From: Bacteroidia bacterium
GTDB taxonomy: Bacteria; Bacteroidota; Bacteroidia; Bacteroidales; VadinHA17
Length of the DNA stretch: 64,000 nucleotides
Direction of reading: 5' to 3'
Assembly: GCA_026391215.1 (NCBI GenBank)
Contig: JAPLDX010000065.1
Coordinates: forward strand, 330-64,329
Shown: positions 8,883 through 17,342 of the stretch, one piece after another
Position numbering within the stretch: position 1 is the first letter of the stretch
How the letters are laid out: each line of letters starts with the position of its first letter
The notes under the pieces: model-generated
The model's input: only the letters and a program-made list of their open reading frames with translations
Databases searched by the model: none
Told to the model about the DNA's origin: nothing
Made by a program: the position numbers and the translations under genes

Positions 8883-9146
8883 TGTACTCACCCCCTTCCT
8901 TCGCTCCGCTCAGGCATTCCCCCTCTCTGCTAAAGCAAAGAGGGTGAAGATTACCTTACAAAAACTGAGAAATAAATGAACTTGGTATCAGAATTTTAAG
9001 AATCTAAAATGCAGAATTAAAATATAGAAAAAGCACTTAGATTGATACCCATTTCCTTAGCCTAACTACCAGATAATAAATTATTTATTCAAATTAATCA
9101 CCTCCCTCTTTGCTTTAGCAGAGAGGGGGGCGGGGGGGTGAGTACA
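8883..9146. repeat. MITE-like element: ~50-70-nt terminal inverted repeats flanking an AT-rich core
   Basis: Left arm TGTACTCACCCCC..CCCCCTCTCTGCTAAAGCAAAGAGGGTGAAGATTA (8883-8952). Right arm TAATCACCTCCCTCTTTGCTTTAGCAGAGAGGGGGGCGGGGGGGTGAGTACA (9095-9146) is its reverse complement, apart from a 23-nt insertion in the left arm. Confidence 0.8.
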
Positions 9147-10283
9147 TTAAGATAATCTCCCCTTATAATCCTCATACCCGAACTCCCGGAGAAGTCTGAA
9201 CTTCCCTTCCCTGGTCCATATTCCAATTGAAGGATGGTGTACTCCGTTGAAGGTGGTGGTTTTCACCATTGTATAATGGATCATATCGAGGAAGATGATC
9301 CTATCGCCTGGTTTTAGCTCTTTATCAAATGACCAGTCTCCCACAAAATCACCTGACAGGCAGGAGTTGCCTCCTAACCTGTATGTTGGTTTATCGTCAA
9401 CGGGATCGGTGGCACCAATGATCTTTGGTTTATAAGGCATTTCAAGGCAGTCGGGCATGTGGGCAGTAAAGGATGCATCCAGAATGGCAGTCTTAATACC
9501 CTGATTTTCAACAATATCTTCAACCGTTGCAACCAGCTCTCCTGTTTCCCAGGCAAAAGCGCTGCCCGGCTCCAGGATCACATGCAGCCCTGTCCTTTCC
9601 CTGAAATCCCTGATTATTTTAATAAGATGTATAGTGTTATAATTCTTCCCTGTTATCAGATGTCCGCCGCCCATGTTTATCCATTTCAGTCCGGGAAAGA
9701 ACCTGCCGAATTTAGCTTCAACAACCTTAAGCACCTTTTCAAGCGCATAGGAATCCGCTTCAAAAAGAACATGAAAATGGAGTCCTTCAATTCCTTCCGG
9801 CAATCCGTCAGCAAGATCTCCTGCTGTTATACCAAGCCGTGAACCCGGAGAGCAAGGATTATATAAGCTGTTACTGATCTCTGAAAACTCAGGATTGATC
9901 CTTAATCCAGGGGATATTTTTTTCGAATATATTTTGATAATATTCGAATATTTATTGAATTGTTTAAGTGAATTGAAAGTGATGTGTGAGCTGTATTTAA
10001 GAATGAAACTAAATTCATCCTCTTTATAAACCGGCGAATAGGTATGGGCAGGAGATCCTATTTCTTCAAAGCAGAGCCTTGCTTCATGAAGTGAACTTGC
10101 AGCTGCACCTGAGATATATTCCTTAAGGATATCAAAAACGCCCCACATGGCAAATCCCTTGAATGCAAGGATGATCTCAGCTCCTGATTCATCAGCGACA
10201 CGTTTAATTAAAGAAAGATTATTTCTAAATCTTTCCTCATCAATCACATAGCATGGAGAGGGTATTTTATTATAATCGATCAT
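9147..10283 (-). CDS. nspC: Carboxynorspermidine/carboxyspermidine decarboxylase
   Basis: MIDYNKIPSPCYVIDEERFRNNL..ILAFKGFAMWGVF..SSLHEARL is the typical NspC N-terminus. I place the start at the ATG at 10283 (M12 of the tracked ORF), 1 nt after the upstream stop. Confidence 0.85.
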   Translation of the reverse strand: MIDYNKIPSPCYVIDEERFRNNLSLIKRVADESGAEIILAFKGFAMWGVFDILKEYISGAAASSLHEARLCFEEIGSPAHTYSPVYKEDEFSFILKYSSHITFNSLKQFNKYSNIIKIYSKKISPGLRINPEFSEISNSLYNPCSPGSRLGITAGDLADGLPEGIEGLHFHVLFEADSYALEKVLKVVEAKFGRFFPGLKWINMGGGHLITGKNYNTIHLIKIIRDFRERTGLHVILEPGSAFAWETGELVATVEDIVENQGIKTAILDASFTAHMPDCLEMPYKPKIIGATDPVDDKPTYRLGGNSCLSGDFVGDWSFDKELKPGDRIIFLDMIHYTMVKTTTFNGVHHPSIGIWTREGKFRLLREFGYEDYKGRLS

Positions 10284-10284
10284 T

Positions 10285-11484
10285 TTACACTTCCAGATCA
10301 ACATTATGTAGTTCATTCCAGGGCAGACCCAGAATATTCAGTTGTTCCATGAAAGGATCAGGGTCAAACTCCTCAACATTGTACACACCCGGCTTCTTCC
10401 AAATTCCTTTAAGATACATCATAGTACCTATAGCAGCCGGGACGCCTGTGGTGTAGCTTACAGCCTGCGTTCCCGTTTCCTTATAGGCAGCTTCATGGCT
10501 GCAGTTATTATAAATATAGTATGTCCGTTCCTTTCCGTCTTTAATCCCCCTTATGCGGCAGCCTATTGATGTCCATCCCTTATAGTTCTCTCCCAGTTCC
10601 CCGGGATCCGGGAGTACTGCCTTCAGAAACTGTATGGGTATGATTTCCCTTCCGTCAAACATGACAGGTTCTATTCCTGCCATGCCAATATTCTGAATGA
10701 CACGCAGGTGAGTAAGATACTCCTGTCCGAATGTCATCCAGAACCTGGCTCTTTTAAGGGTTGGGAAATTTTTAACAAGAGATTCAAGTTCTTCATGATA
10801 GATCAGATATGATTCCTTCGGACCTATTTCGGGATAATTCAAAGGCTTATGTATCTGGTGAGGTCTTGTCCATACCCAATTGCCGTTATCCCAGTATTTT
10901 CCCTTTTGTGTTACTTCACGGATATTAATTTCGGGATTGAAATTCGTTGCAAACGGCTTTCCGTGGTCTCCTGCATTACAGTCGACGATATCGAGGTAAT
11001 GCATCTCATCAAAATGATGTTTGGCGGCATATGCTGTATAAACCGATGTAACGCCCGGATCAAAACCGCAGCCGAGGATTGCAGTGATCCCTGCCTTTCT
11101 ATACCTCTCCTGGTATGCCCACTGCCAGCCGTATTCATATTTGGCCTCTTCAAGAGGTTCATAATTTGCCGTATCAAGATAGGCGACTCCGGTCTCAAGG
11201 CAGGCATCCATGATATGAAGGTCCTGGTACGGCAGCGCCACATTTACCACAATGTCAGGATTATACGATCTGATCAGCTTTACAAGCACAGGCACCTTAT
11301 CAGCATCAATCTGTGCTGTCTGTACACGGTTTTTACCGATCTTGGCAGCGATGGCGTCGCACTTTAACTTTGTCCGGCTGGCCAGCATTATTTCACTGAA
11401 TACCTCCGGTATGGAAGCCATTTTATGAACAGCAACCGTACTTACTCCCCCTGCTCCTATGACCAATACTTTTCCCATATGCAC
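10285..11484 (-). CDS. Carboxynorspermidine synthase/dehydrogenase (saccharopine dehydrogenase family)
   Basis: GKVLVIGAGGVSTVAVHK Rossmann N-terminus, ..LASRTKLKCDAIA..VALPYQDLHIMDACLETGVAYLDTANYEP..EYGWQW. Adjacent to nspC. The start may be the third codon (11478). Confidence 0.8.
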   Translation of the reverse strand: MHMGKVLVIGAGGVSTVAVHKMASIPEVFSEIMLASRTKLKCDAIAAKIGKNRVQTAQIDADKVPVLVKLIRSYNPDIVVNVALPYQDLHIMDACLETGVAYLDTANYEPLEEAKYEYGWQWAYQERYRKAGITAILGCGFDPGVTSVYTAYAAKHHFDEMHYLDIVDCNAGDHGKPFATNFNPEINIREVTQKGKYWDNGNWVWTRPHQIHKPLNYPEIGPKESYLIYHEELESLVKNFPTLKRARFWMTFGQEYLTHLRVIQNIGMAGIEPVMFDGREIIPIQFLKAVLPDPGELGENYKGWTSIGCRIRGIKDGKERTYYIYNNCSHEAAYKETGTQAVSYTTGVPAAIGTMMYLKGIWKKPGVYNVEEFDPDPFMEQLNILGLPWNELHNVDLEV

Positions 11485-11521
11485 TGATTTAAACTAATAG
11501 TTCAATAACTGTGGTTTGCAT

Positions 11522-11529
11522 CAAATATA
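11522..11529 (-). promoter_or_regulatory. Candidate Bacteroidota -7 promoter box (TATATTTG) for the CANSDH-nspC operon
   Basis: Matches TAnnTTTG, ~40 nt upstream of the start codon. Confidence 0.45.
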
Positions 11530-11641
11530 AGATTAAAAAATGACCAATCAATGGTTATTTATCACTCAAAATTTAATACTCTTCAATTCATCCAGGGTTA
11601 ATTTTTATAATATTAATTCTGATTATCTTTACGAGTTCTTA

Positions 11642-13096
11642 ATGCCAGGTATGAAGCTTATCAATCCTTTAATTATTCTCAGGATCCTGAGTACAATTCT
11701 TCTGATTGAAAGCATCTGCTTTTTATTTTGCGTTCCTGTTGCCCTGATATACAGGGAACAATCAAATCCTTTCATCTGGTCATCAGTTATTACCGGACTT
11801 ATTTATGCTCTGTTCCGGATCGTCAGCATGAAAACCGATATGGAAAAGATAACGAACAGGGACTCATACATGGCAGTTACCCTGTCATGGCTGGTTTTCA
11901 CCCTGATGGGCTCCTTACCATATCTTCTAAGCGGGACCATCCCTTCATTCATTAATGCATTTTTTGAATCAACGTCAGGATTCAGTACAACAGGAGCATC
12001 CATATTGACGGATGTGGAGACCCTTCCATATTCAATACTTTTCTGGCGAAGTTTTACGCACTGGATCGGCGGGCTTGGAATAATCGTACTGGTAATTATC
12101 ATCCTTCCCTCACTCAAGATAGCGGGATATCAGCTATTCAGTCTGGAATCTTCACTTAAAGAAAAGATACATCCAAAAACAAAAGCTATCGGATTCAGGG
12201 TAATGTTCATTTACATTGGGCTTACGCTTGCCGAGATCCTTCTATTATGGATGGGTGATATGAATCTATTCGACAGTGCATGCCATTCATTCGGAACCAT
12301 AGCTACAGGAGGCTTCTCAACAAAGAACAATAGTCTGCAATTCTATTCTGATTACAGCCAGTATGTTGTTATGATATTTATGTTCCTGGCGGGGACCAGT
12401 CAGGTTGTCTACTATTACCTGTTAAAATTAAATTTCAGGAAAGCAAGACAGAATGAAGAATTGTGGTTTTATATTTTAGTTGTATTTGTTGCGGGAGTAT
12501 TTGCGACAATAATTCTCATTACAAGTTCAAATCGCTCTTTAGAAGAAGCATTCAGGGAGGGGTATTTTCAGGTTATTTCAATAATATCATGTACCGGATT
12601 TGCTTCCGCCGATTTTCTATTCTGGCCGGTATCAGGCTTATTGTTGATCTTTATCCTGATGTTTGCAGGCGGCATGACAGGATCAACAAGCGGCGGAATC
12701 AAGATGGCAAGGCATCTGATTGTCCTTAAGAACATTAAGCATGTTTTTGTCAGGATGAATCATCCTCAGGCCACCGCATCCATTAAACTGAATGGCAAAG
12801 TTGTGAACGAAAGCATAAACACTACAATAATCTCATTCGTTTTTCTTTATATTTTTCTTTTTATTACTGGTACCATAATCGTTGTAATAACAGGTGTGGA
12901 TCCCATTACCTCAGCGACTTCAGTGGCAACATGTATGGCAGGGATAGGCCCGGGCTTAGGTACTGTCGGACCCATGAATAATTTTGCTCACATGCCTGAT
13001 GTAAGCAAGATTGTGCTGAGTCTTCTCATGATCATAGGAAGGCTTGAGATCATAACGGCATTTGCTTTGTTTTCAAAATCGTTCTGGAGGCTTTAA
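11642..13096 (+). CDS. trkH: TrkH/KtrB-family potassium uptake permease
   Basis: Polytopic membrane protein with GFSTTGAS and GGMTGSTSGGIKMAR selectivity-filter-like motifs. The tracked ORF starts at 11540, but the family-like N-terminus begins MPGMKLINPL (11642 or 11651). Confidence 0.8.
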   Translation: MPGMKLINPLIILRILSTILLIESICFLFCVPVALIYREQSNPFIWSSVITGLIYALFRIVSMKTDMEKITNRDSYMAVTLSWLVFTLMGSLPYLLSGTIPSFINAFFESTSGFSTTGASILTDVETLPYSILFWRSFTHWIGGLGIIVLVIIILPSLKIAGYQLFSLESSLKEKIHPKTKAIGFRVMFIYIGLTLAEILLLWMGDMNLFDSACHSFGTIATGGFSTKNNSLQFYSDYSQYVVMIFMFLAGTSQVVYYYLLKLNFRKARQNEELWFYILVVFVAGVFATIILITSSNRSLEEAFREGYFQVISIISCTGFASADFLFWPVSGLLLIFILMFAGGMTGSTSGGIKMARHLIVLKNIKHVFVRMNHPQATASIKLNGKVVNESINTTIISFVFLYIFLFITGTIIVVITGVDPITSATSVATCMAGIGPGLGTVGPMNNFAHMPDVSKIVLSLLMIIGRLEIITAFALFSKSFWRL

Positions 13097-13134
13097 AACG
13101 GTACACGGTACACGGCGCACGGCGTACGGCACAC
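13097..13134 (+). repeat. 7-nt degenerate tandem array (ACGGYRY x5) abutting the trkH stop
   Basis: TAA|A ACGGTAC ACGGTAC ACGGCGC ACGGCGT ACGGCAC AC. Confidence 0.9.
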
Positions 13135-13150
13135 TGTATTAAGAGTTCAG

Positions 13151-13867
13151 CTACACGGTAAATAATTTTCTTGCTTCTTCAAGATTCTCAGGGGTTCCGA
13201 CATTTACCCAGTAACCGCTGTCGTCTCTTAAAGTGAATATTTCATGGCTTGAAGCAAGCTGAAGATAGAGAGCTGTCATTGTGTAAACACCATTGCTCAT
13301 ATAGTCGAATATTTCAGGATTTATGATATGTCTTCCTGAAAAAGCTATCTCGGACAGATTCTCTGTTTCCTCACAGGCAATGATCCTTTCCCCCGTTGAT
13401 TTATTGCACCATCCTTTCAATAAACCCTCCTTATCAACAAGCAGATACCTTGTCCCCTCGCGGTTCCTGACAGCAAGGGTTGCCAGTCCCTTCATTTTAA
13501 GATGGTACCGGTACAATGCAGTAAGATCCAGATTAGTCAGTGTATCAGCATTACATAAAAGAAAAGGGGCGCTGTCAAAAAATCTCCTGGCTTTATATAA
13601 TCCTCCTCCGGTTTCGAGAAGCATATCCCGTTCATCCGAAACAGTGATCTTAAATCCATCCTTTCTAAGTCTTTCCGCCTCCTCCTCGACCATATCTGCA
13701 AGATGGTGGACATTTATTATGATGTCGTCAAATCCTGATGCTGTGCAACTCTCTACAGCCATACGGAGTAAGCTCTTTCCGTTTATATCAAGGAGAGCTT
13801 TGGGAATTGTTTCTGCGATTTTACCGAGCCGTGTGCCTTTTCCGGCTGCAAGGATCATTGCTTTCAT
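13151..13867 (-). CDS. murU: MurNAc-alpha-1-phosphate uridylyltransferase-like nucleotidyltransferase
   Basis: MKAMILAAGKGTRLG..IPKALL sugar-1-P nucleotidyltransferase signature. Sits immediately downstream of an AmgK-like kinase, the known amgK-murU arrangement. Confidence 0.7.
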   Translation of the reverse strand: MKAMILAAGKGTRLGKIAETIPKALLDINGKSLLRMAVESCTASGFDDIIINVHHLADMVEEEAERLRKDGFKITVSDERDMLLETGGGLYKARRFFDSAPFLLCNADTLTNLDLTALYRYHLKMKGLATLAVRNREGTRYLLVDKEGLLKGWCNKSTGERIIACEETENLSEIAFSGRHIINPEIFDYMSNGVYTMTALYLQLASSHEIFTLRDDSGYWVNVGTPENLEEARKLFTV

Positions 13868-13877
13868 TGGCAGAAAA

Positions 13878-14912
13878 TTATTGAGGCTGTGAAGAGAGCT
13901 TTTTGAACAGCTGGGAATCCGGGATTGCCCTTACAGTACTATATAGCTCAGGCAGGGCAACATGGTTTTCAGCCTGGCTTATTATCTGTGTAAGCAGATG
14001 GACACCCGGCACTATGCTTTCCGTAAATGTAGGCTTCTGTTCATACAGTCCCCTGAATCCAAAAGCTCCGAGCGCCTGCATAACCCGTATCATGCTGAAG
14101 CCGGAATAGTAACCTTTGAATTTATTCTTATCCTCATTAGAAACTGAACAGAATTTATCAATAAAATAATCGAGAAGCTCATTCCTGTCAGACTGCAGCA
14201 TTGGGATCTTGGCATCATATAAAAGAGATGCAACATCATACTGGGGCGCTCCCTTCCTGCCGCCCTGATAATCAATGAACCATGGCTCGTTCCCGACTAC
14301 CATTACATTTGCTGTCTGAAAGTCCCTGTAAAGGAAATAGTCCTGGCCAGTTTCAAGCAAATAATCGGCCAGCGAGACAAAATCGTGTTCCAGGTTCCGT
14401 TCATTAAAGGGAACCGCCAGAAGCTTGAGAAGCATGTATTTGAAATAGTTAAGATCCCACATCATTGACTGGCGGTCAAAGCTGCGGTGCGGGTAACAAA
14501 GATCAAGGTTAAGACCTTTAATGCCTTCGATCTGAAAAAGTATCAGCCTATCAAGTATTTTCCGGTAAAGATCCTTTGTCTCCGGATTGAAATCTGTAAT
14601 ATCGGATCTGCTATGGAGCCAGGTATAAAGATTTATATCGCCAAGATCCTTCAGATAATAGACGAACTTATCAGGAAGATATCCGTAAATCTCCGGTACA
14701 GGAAGACCTTTCGCAATGAAATGGTTGGTGAAACCCACAAAAGCTTCATTTTCTTCAAGGTTTGGGTTATAGGCGCCGATAATGCTCTTACCGGATTCAG
14801 TTATCCTGAAATATCTCCTGTCTGAACCTGACCTGGGAAGAGGTGTTATCTTCAGATCAGAACCACCAAACAATTCTTTGTAACCTTCTGATATTATGTC
14901 AATCTCAGTCAT
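13878..14912 (-). CDS. amgK: Anomeric MurNAc/GlcNAc kinase-like phosphotransferase (APH family)
   Basis: Aminoglycoside-phosphotransferase-like fold (..LYRDFQTANVMV..WFIDYQGGRKGAPQYDVASLL) paired with murU. Confidence 0.65.
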   Translation of the reverse strand: MTEIDIISEGYKELFGGSDLKITPLPRSGSDRRYFRITESGKSIIGAYNPNLEENEAFVGFTNHFIAKGLPVPEIYGYLPDKFVYYLKDLGDINLYTWLHSRSDITDFNPETKDLYRKILDRLILFQIEGIKGLNLDLCYPHRSFDRQSMMWDLNYFKYMLLKLLAVPFNERNLEHDFVSLADYLLETGQDYFLYRDFQTANVMVVGNEPWFIDYQGGRKGAPQYDVASLLYDAKIPMLQSDRNELLDYFIDKFCSVSNEDKNKFKGYYSGFSMIRVMQALGAFGFRGLYEQKPTFTESIVPGVHLLTQIISQAENHVALPELYSTVRAIPDSQLFKKLSSQPQ

Positions 14913-14982
14913 GTCTCTTTCTTTTAACCACGGTGTTTCACAGAGTTAAAACGGAGTTACACAGTTTTTTCTCCCCTTCTTC

Positions 14983-15026
14983 CCTTTGTACCCTTGAACC
15001 GTTGAACCATTGCACCTTTGTACCAT
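14983..15026 (-). repeat. 8-nt degenerate tandem array (CAANGG core) abutting the stop of 15026..16135
   Basis: Plus strand CCTTTGTA CCCTTGAA CCGTTGAA CCATTGCA CCTTTGTA CCATTA. In gene sense this reads TAATGG TACAAAGG TGCAATGG TTCAACGG TTCAAGGG TACAAAGG. Confidence 0.9.
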
Positions 15027-16135
15027 TAGAGTTTTATCAGGATCTTCTTTTTATATAAAATTAAAGCAATTAACCATATCAAAAGTACCTGTATTAATGC
15101 AAACATAAGGCTTCCTATCATATTTCCAGCAACAGGGACACAAACATGCGAATAAAACCAGTTATAAAGAGTAACCTTTTCATCTCCGACCGGGATCTTA
15201 ATGAACAACATCAGTCTTGTCCATATACCTGCAAGGAAATAAGAAAACAGGGCATTCATGCCAAATACTGTGAAGAAGGTTCCCCACTTCTGGAATCTGA
15301 GCACATCTGCAAGAAAATATATTGCAGCAAGAACTGCCATTGCCCATCCTGCTGTATAGAGCACATATGAACTCGTCCATATCGGCTTGTTGATCGGGAA
15401 AAGCATACTCCATAAAAGACCAAGTCCTATTGAAGAAGCCCCGAGCAGGAGGAGCTTCAGGACTGTTTTGCCTGAAGGTGTCTCTTTTCCCAGCATTTCT
15501 CCTATGAAATAACCGATAATGACAGTGCATATTGCGGGCAGAGTACTAAGCAGACCCTCGGGATCAAAAGGTCTCCCGAATTCCTTGTACATGTGGTTTG
15601 TTCCCAGTATTGCAGCATCCATTTTCTGCACAAAATTTCCTTCGAGACTAAAGGGATCATATCCTCCGAGAAATGCCAGCAATGCCCAGTAGAGCAACAG
15701 GAGAGCTGCTGCAACTATCCAAAGATACTGACGCCTGACAGTCAGACATATTATAGCGCCCAGACCATAAGCAATGGCGATTCGCTGCAGAACGCCCATT
15801 ATCCTGAGTGTTGAATAGTCCCTGTTGAAATAAGGAAATATTGCAAGGAAAAGGCCAACGGCAAATATGGTCACCATGCGTCTGAATATTCTGAACAGGG
15901 ATCCGGCATTTATTTCATGTCCGTATTTTTTAAAGGAGTACCACATTGAGACGCCCACGATGAAAAGGAAGAACGGGAATACAAGGTCGGTTGGTGTGCA
16001 TCCGTTCCACGCTGCATGACGTAATGGCGGATATACATAAGTCCAGCTTCCGGGAGTGTTCACAATGATCATAAAGGCGATCGTCATACCCCTGAAAATA
16101 TCGAGTGAAACAAGCCGGTTACTGCTTTTTGCCAT
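15026..16135 (-). CDS. DUF5009 / HGSNAT-like polytopic membrane acyltransferase
   Basis: RLVSLDIFRGMTIAFMIIVNTPGSW..HAAWNGCTPTDLVFPFFLFIVGVS resembles heparan-alpha-glucosaminide N-acetyltransferase-type proteins; multiple TM segments. Confidence 0.6.
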   Translation of the reverse strand: MAKSSNRLVSLDIFRGMTIAFMIIVNTPGSWTYVYPPLRHAAWNGCTPTDLVFPFFLFIVGVSMWYSFKKYGHEINAGSLFRIFRRMVTIFAVGLFLAIFPYFNRDYSTLRIMGVLQRIAIAYGLGAIICLTVRRQYLWIVAAALLLLYWALLAFLGGYDPFSLEGNFVQKMDAAILGTNHMYKEFGRPFDPEGLLSTLPAICTVIIGYFIGEMLGKETPSGKTVLKLLLLGASSIGLGLLWSMLFPINKPIWTSSYVLYTAGWAMAVLAAIYFLADVLRFQKWGTFFTVFGMNALFSYFLAGIWTRLMLFIKIPVGDEKVTLYNWFYSHVCVPVAGNMIGSLMFALIQVLLIWLIALILYKKKILIKL

Positions 16136-16183
16136 GACACATTATTATTAAAACGTATAAAAATAACATTATAGGTCTTAAGA

Positions 16184-17341
16184 TCAGTCGCGGAACATTT
16201 TTATTTTTTCGGTTATACCTATTCCCGGTCTTTCATTAAGCGTAATCCTGCCATCGATGACGGTAACACCTTCATAGCAATCATTGCTTATCAGGAGATT
16301 GCCGTCCAGGTCAGCCCAGTGAGCCAGGGGTGAGAGCTGCGCTGCAGCCGATATTGCACAGGAAGTCTCTGTCATACACCCTATCATCACCTTCATTCCC
16401 ATCTCTCTTGCCAAAGTCGCCATCTTGTATGCAGCATTCATTCCTCCGCATTTCATAAGCTTGATGTTTATGGCGGAATAGACACCTTTCATCGGGAGAA
16501 GATCATCTATTGTCTGTAAAGCCTCATCTGCAACAACCGGGATGGGCGAATTTTCTGTAAGCCATGCAATGTCATCGATCATTGTTTTTGGCATCGGCTG
16601 TTCAAGAAAAGCCACATTGTTTTCCTTTAGCCAGTTTGCCATTTCCAGGGCATAATTCCTGTCTTTCCATCCCTGGTTTACATCCACGCATATAGGCTTA
16701 TCGGAAACGCTCCTGATAGTTTCTATCATCTCCCTGTCATTGCCAAGCCCAAGCTTTACTTTAAGGATTTTATATGGTTCTGCTTCAGCAACTTTCTGCC
16801 GGACTACTTCCGGAGTGTCAATGCCGATCGTAAAGCTTGTAAAAGGAGTTTTCCCGGGATCAAGGCCCCAGAGCCTGAACCAGGGCTTTCCTATCAGCTT
16901 TCCGACAAGGTCGTGCAGTGCAATATCAACTGAGGCTTTCGCAGCATAGTTACCGGGTTGGATCCCGTCAAGATACGCAACTATGTCCTCAATGAGGAAA
17001 GGGTCCTTAAACTGCTCCAGATTAACCTGTGAAAGAAATTTTGTTGCGGTATCATAGCTTTCACCAAGATAAGGAGGCATTGAGGCTTCACCGAAGCCTT
17101 TTTTCCCGTCGTACTCAATTTCCGTCAGCACGACAGGTGTGGTTGTCCTTGAACTGGTTGCAAGCGTAAACACATGTTTAAGCTTAAGCTCATACGGTAT
17201 AAACCTGAGCTTCATAGTTGTACTCTTTCTTTTCATCGGAGTTATTGTTTTTACCGGTTCAGCAATCGCAGCAATTGACTTCCCTGAAATCATTGCCCCT
17301 GCAAGCAACGAACAGTATTTAAGAAATTCCCTTTTCTTCAT
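16184..17341 (-). CDS. Dipeptide (L-Ala-D/L-Glu type) epimerase, enolase superfamily, with N-terminal Tat/Sec-like extension
   Basis: KVKLG, DVNQGW, FLEQP and ADEA metal-ligand/catalytic blocks of MLE-subgroup epimerases. N-terminal MKKREFLKYCSLLAGAMISGKSIAAIA precedes the canonical MKLRF start. Confidence 0.75.
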   Translation of the reverse strand: MKKREFLKYCSLLAGAMISGKSIAAIAEPVKTITPMKRKSTTMKLRFIPYELKLKHVFTLATSSRTTTPVVLTEIEYDGKKGFGEASMPPYLGESYDTATKFLSQVNLEQFKDPFLIEDIVAYLDGIQPGNYAAKASVDIALHDLVGKLIGKPWFRLWGLDPGKTPFTSFTIGIDTPEVVRQKVAEAEPYKILKVKLGLGNDREMIETIRSVSDKPICVDVNQGWKDRNYALEMANWLKENNVAFLEQPMPKTMIDDIAWLTENSPIPVVADEALQTIDDLLPMKGVYSAINIKLMKCGGMNAAYKMATLAREMGMKVMIGCMTETSCAISAAAQLSPLAHWADLDGNLLISNDCYEGVTVIDGRITLNERPGIGITEKIKMFRD

Positions 17342-17342
17342 T

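Noticed and set aside
10284-10316. Extended N-terminus of nspC (MNYIMLIWKCK) overlapping the upstream gene
   Set aside because: The family-like N-terminus starts at MIDYNKIPSP. The ATG at 10283 sits 1 nt after the upstream stop, so the extension is unnecessary. Similar 5' over-extensions were trimmed for trkH (11540), trmD (60919) and the PKD lipoprotein (47763).
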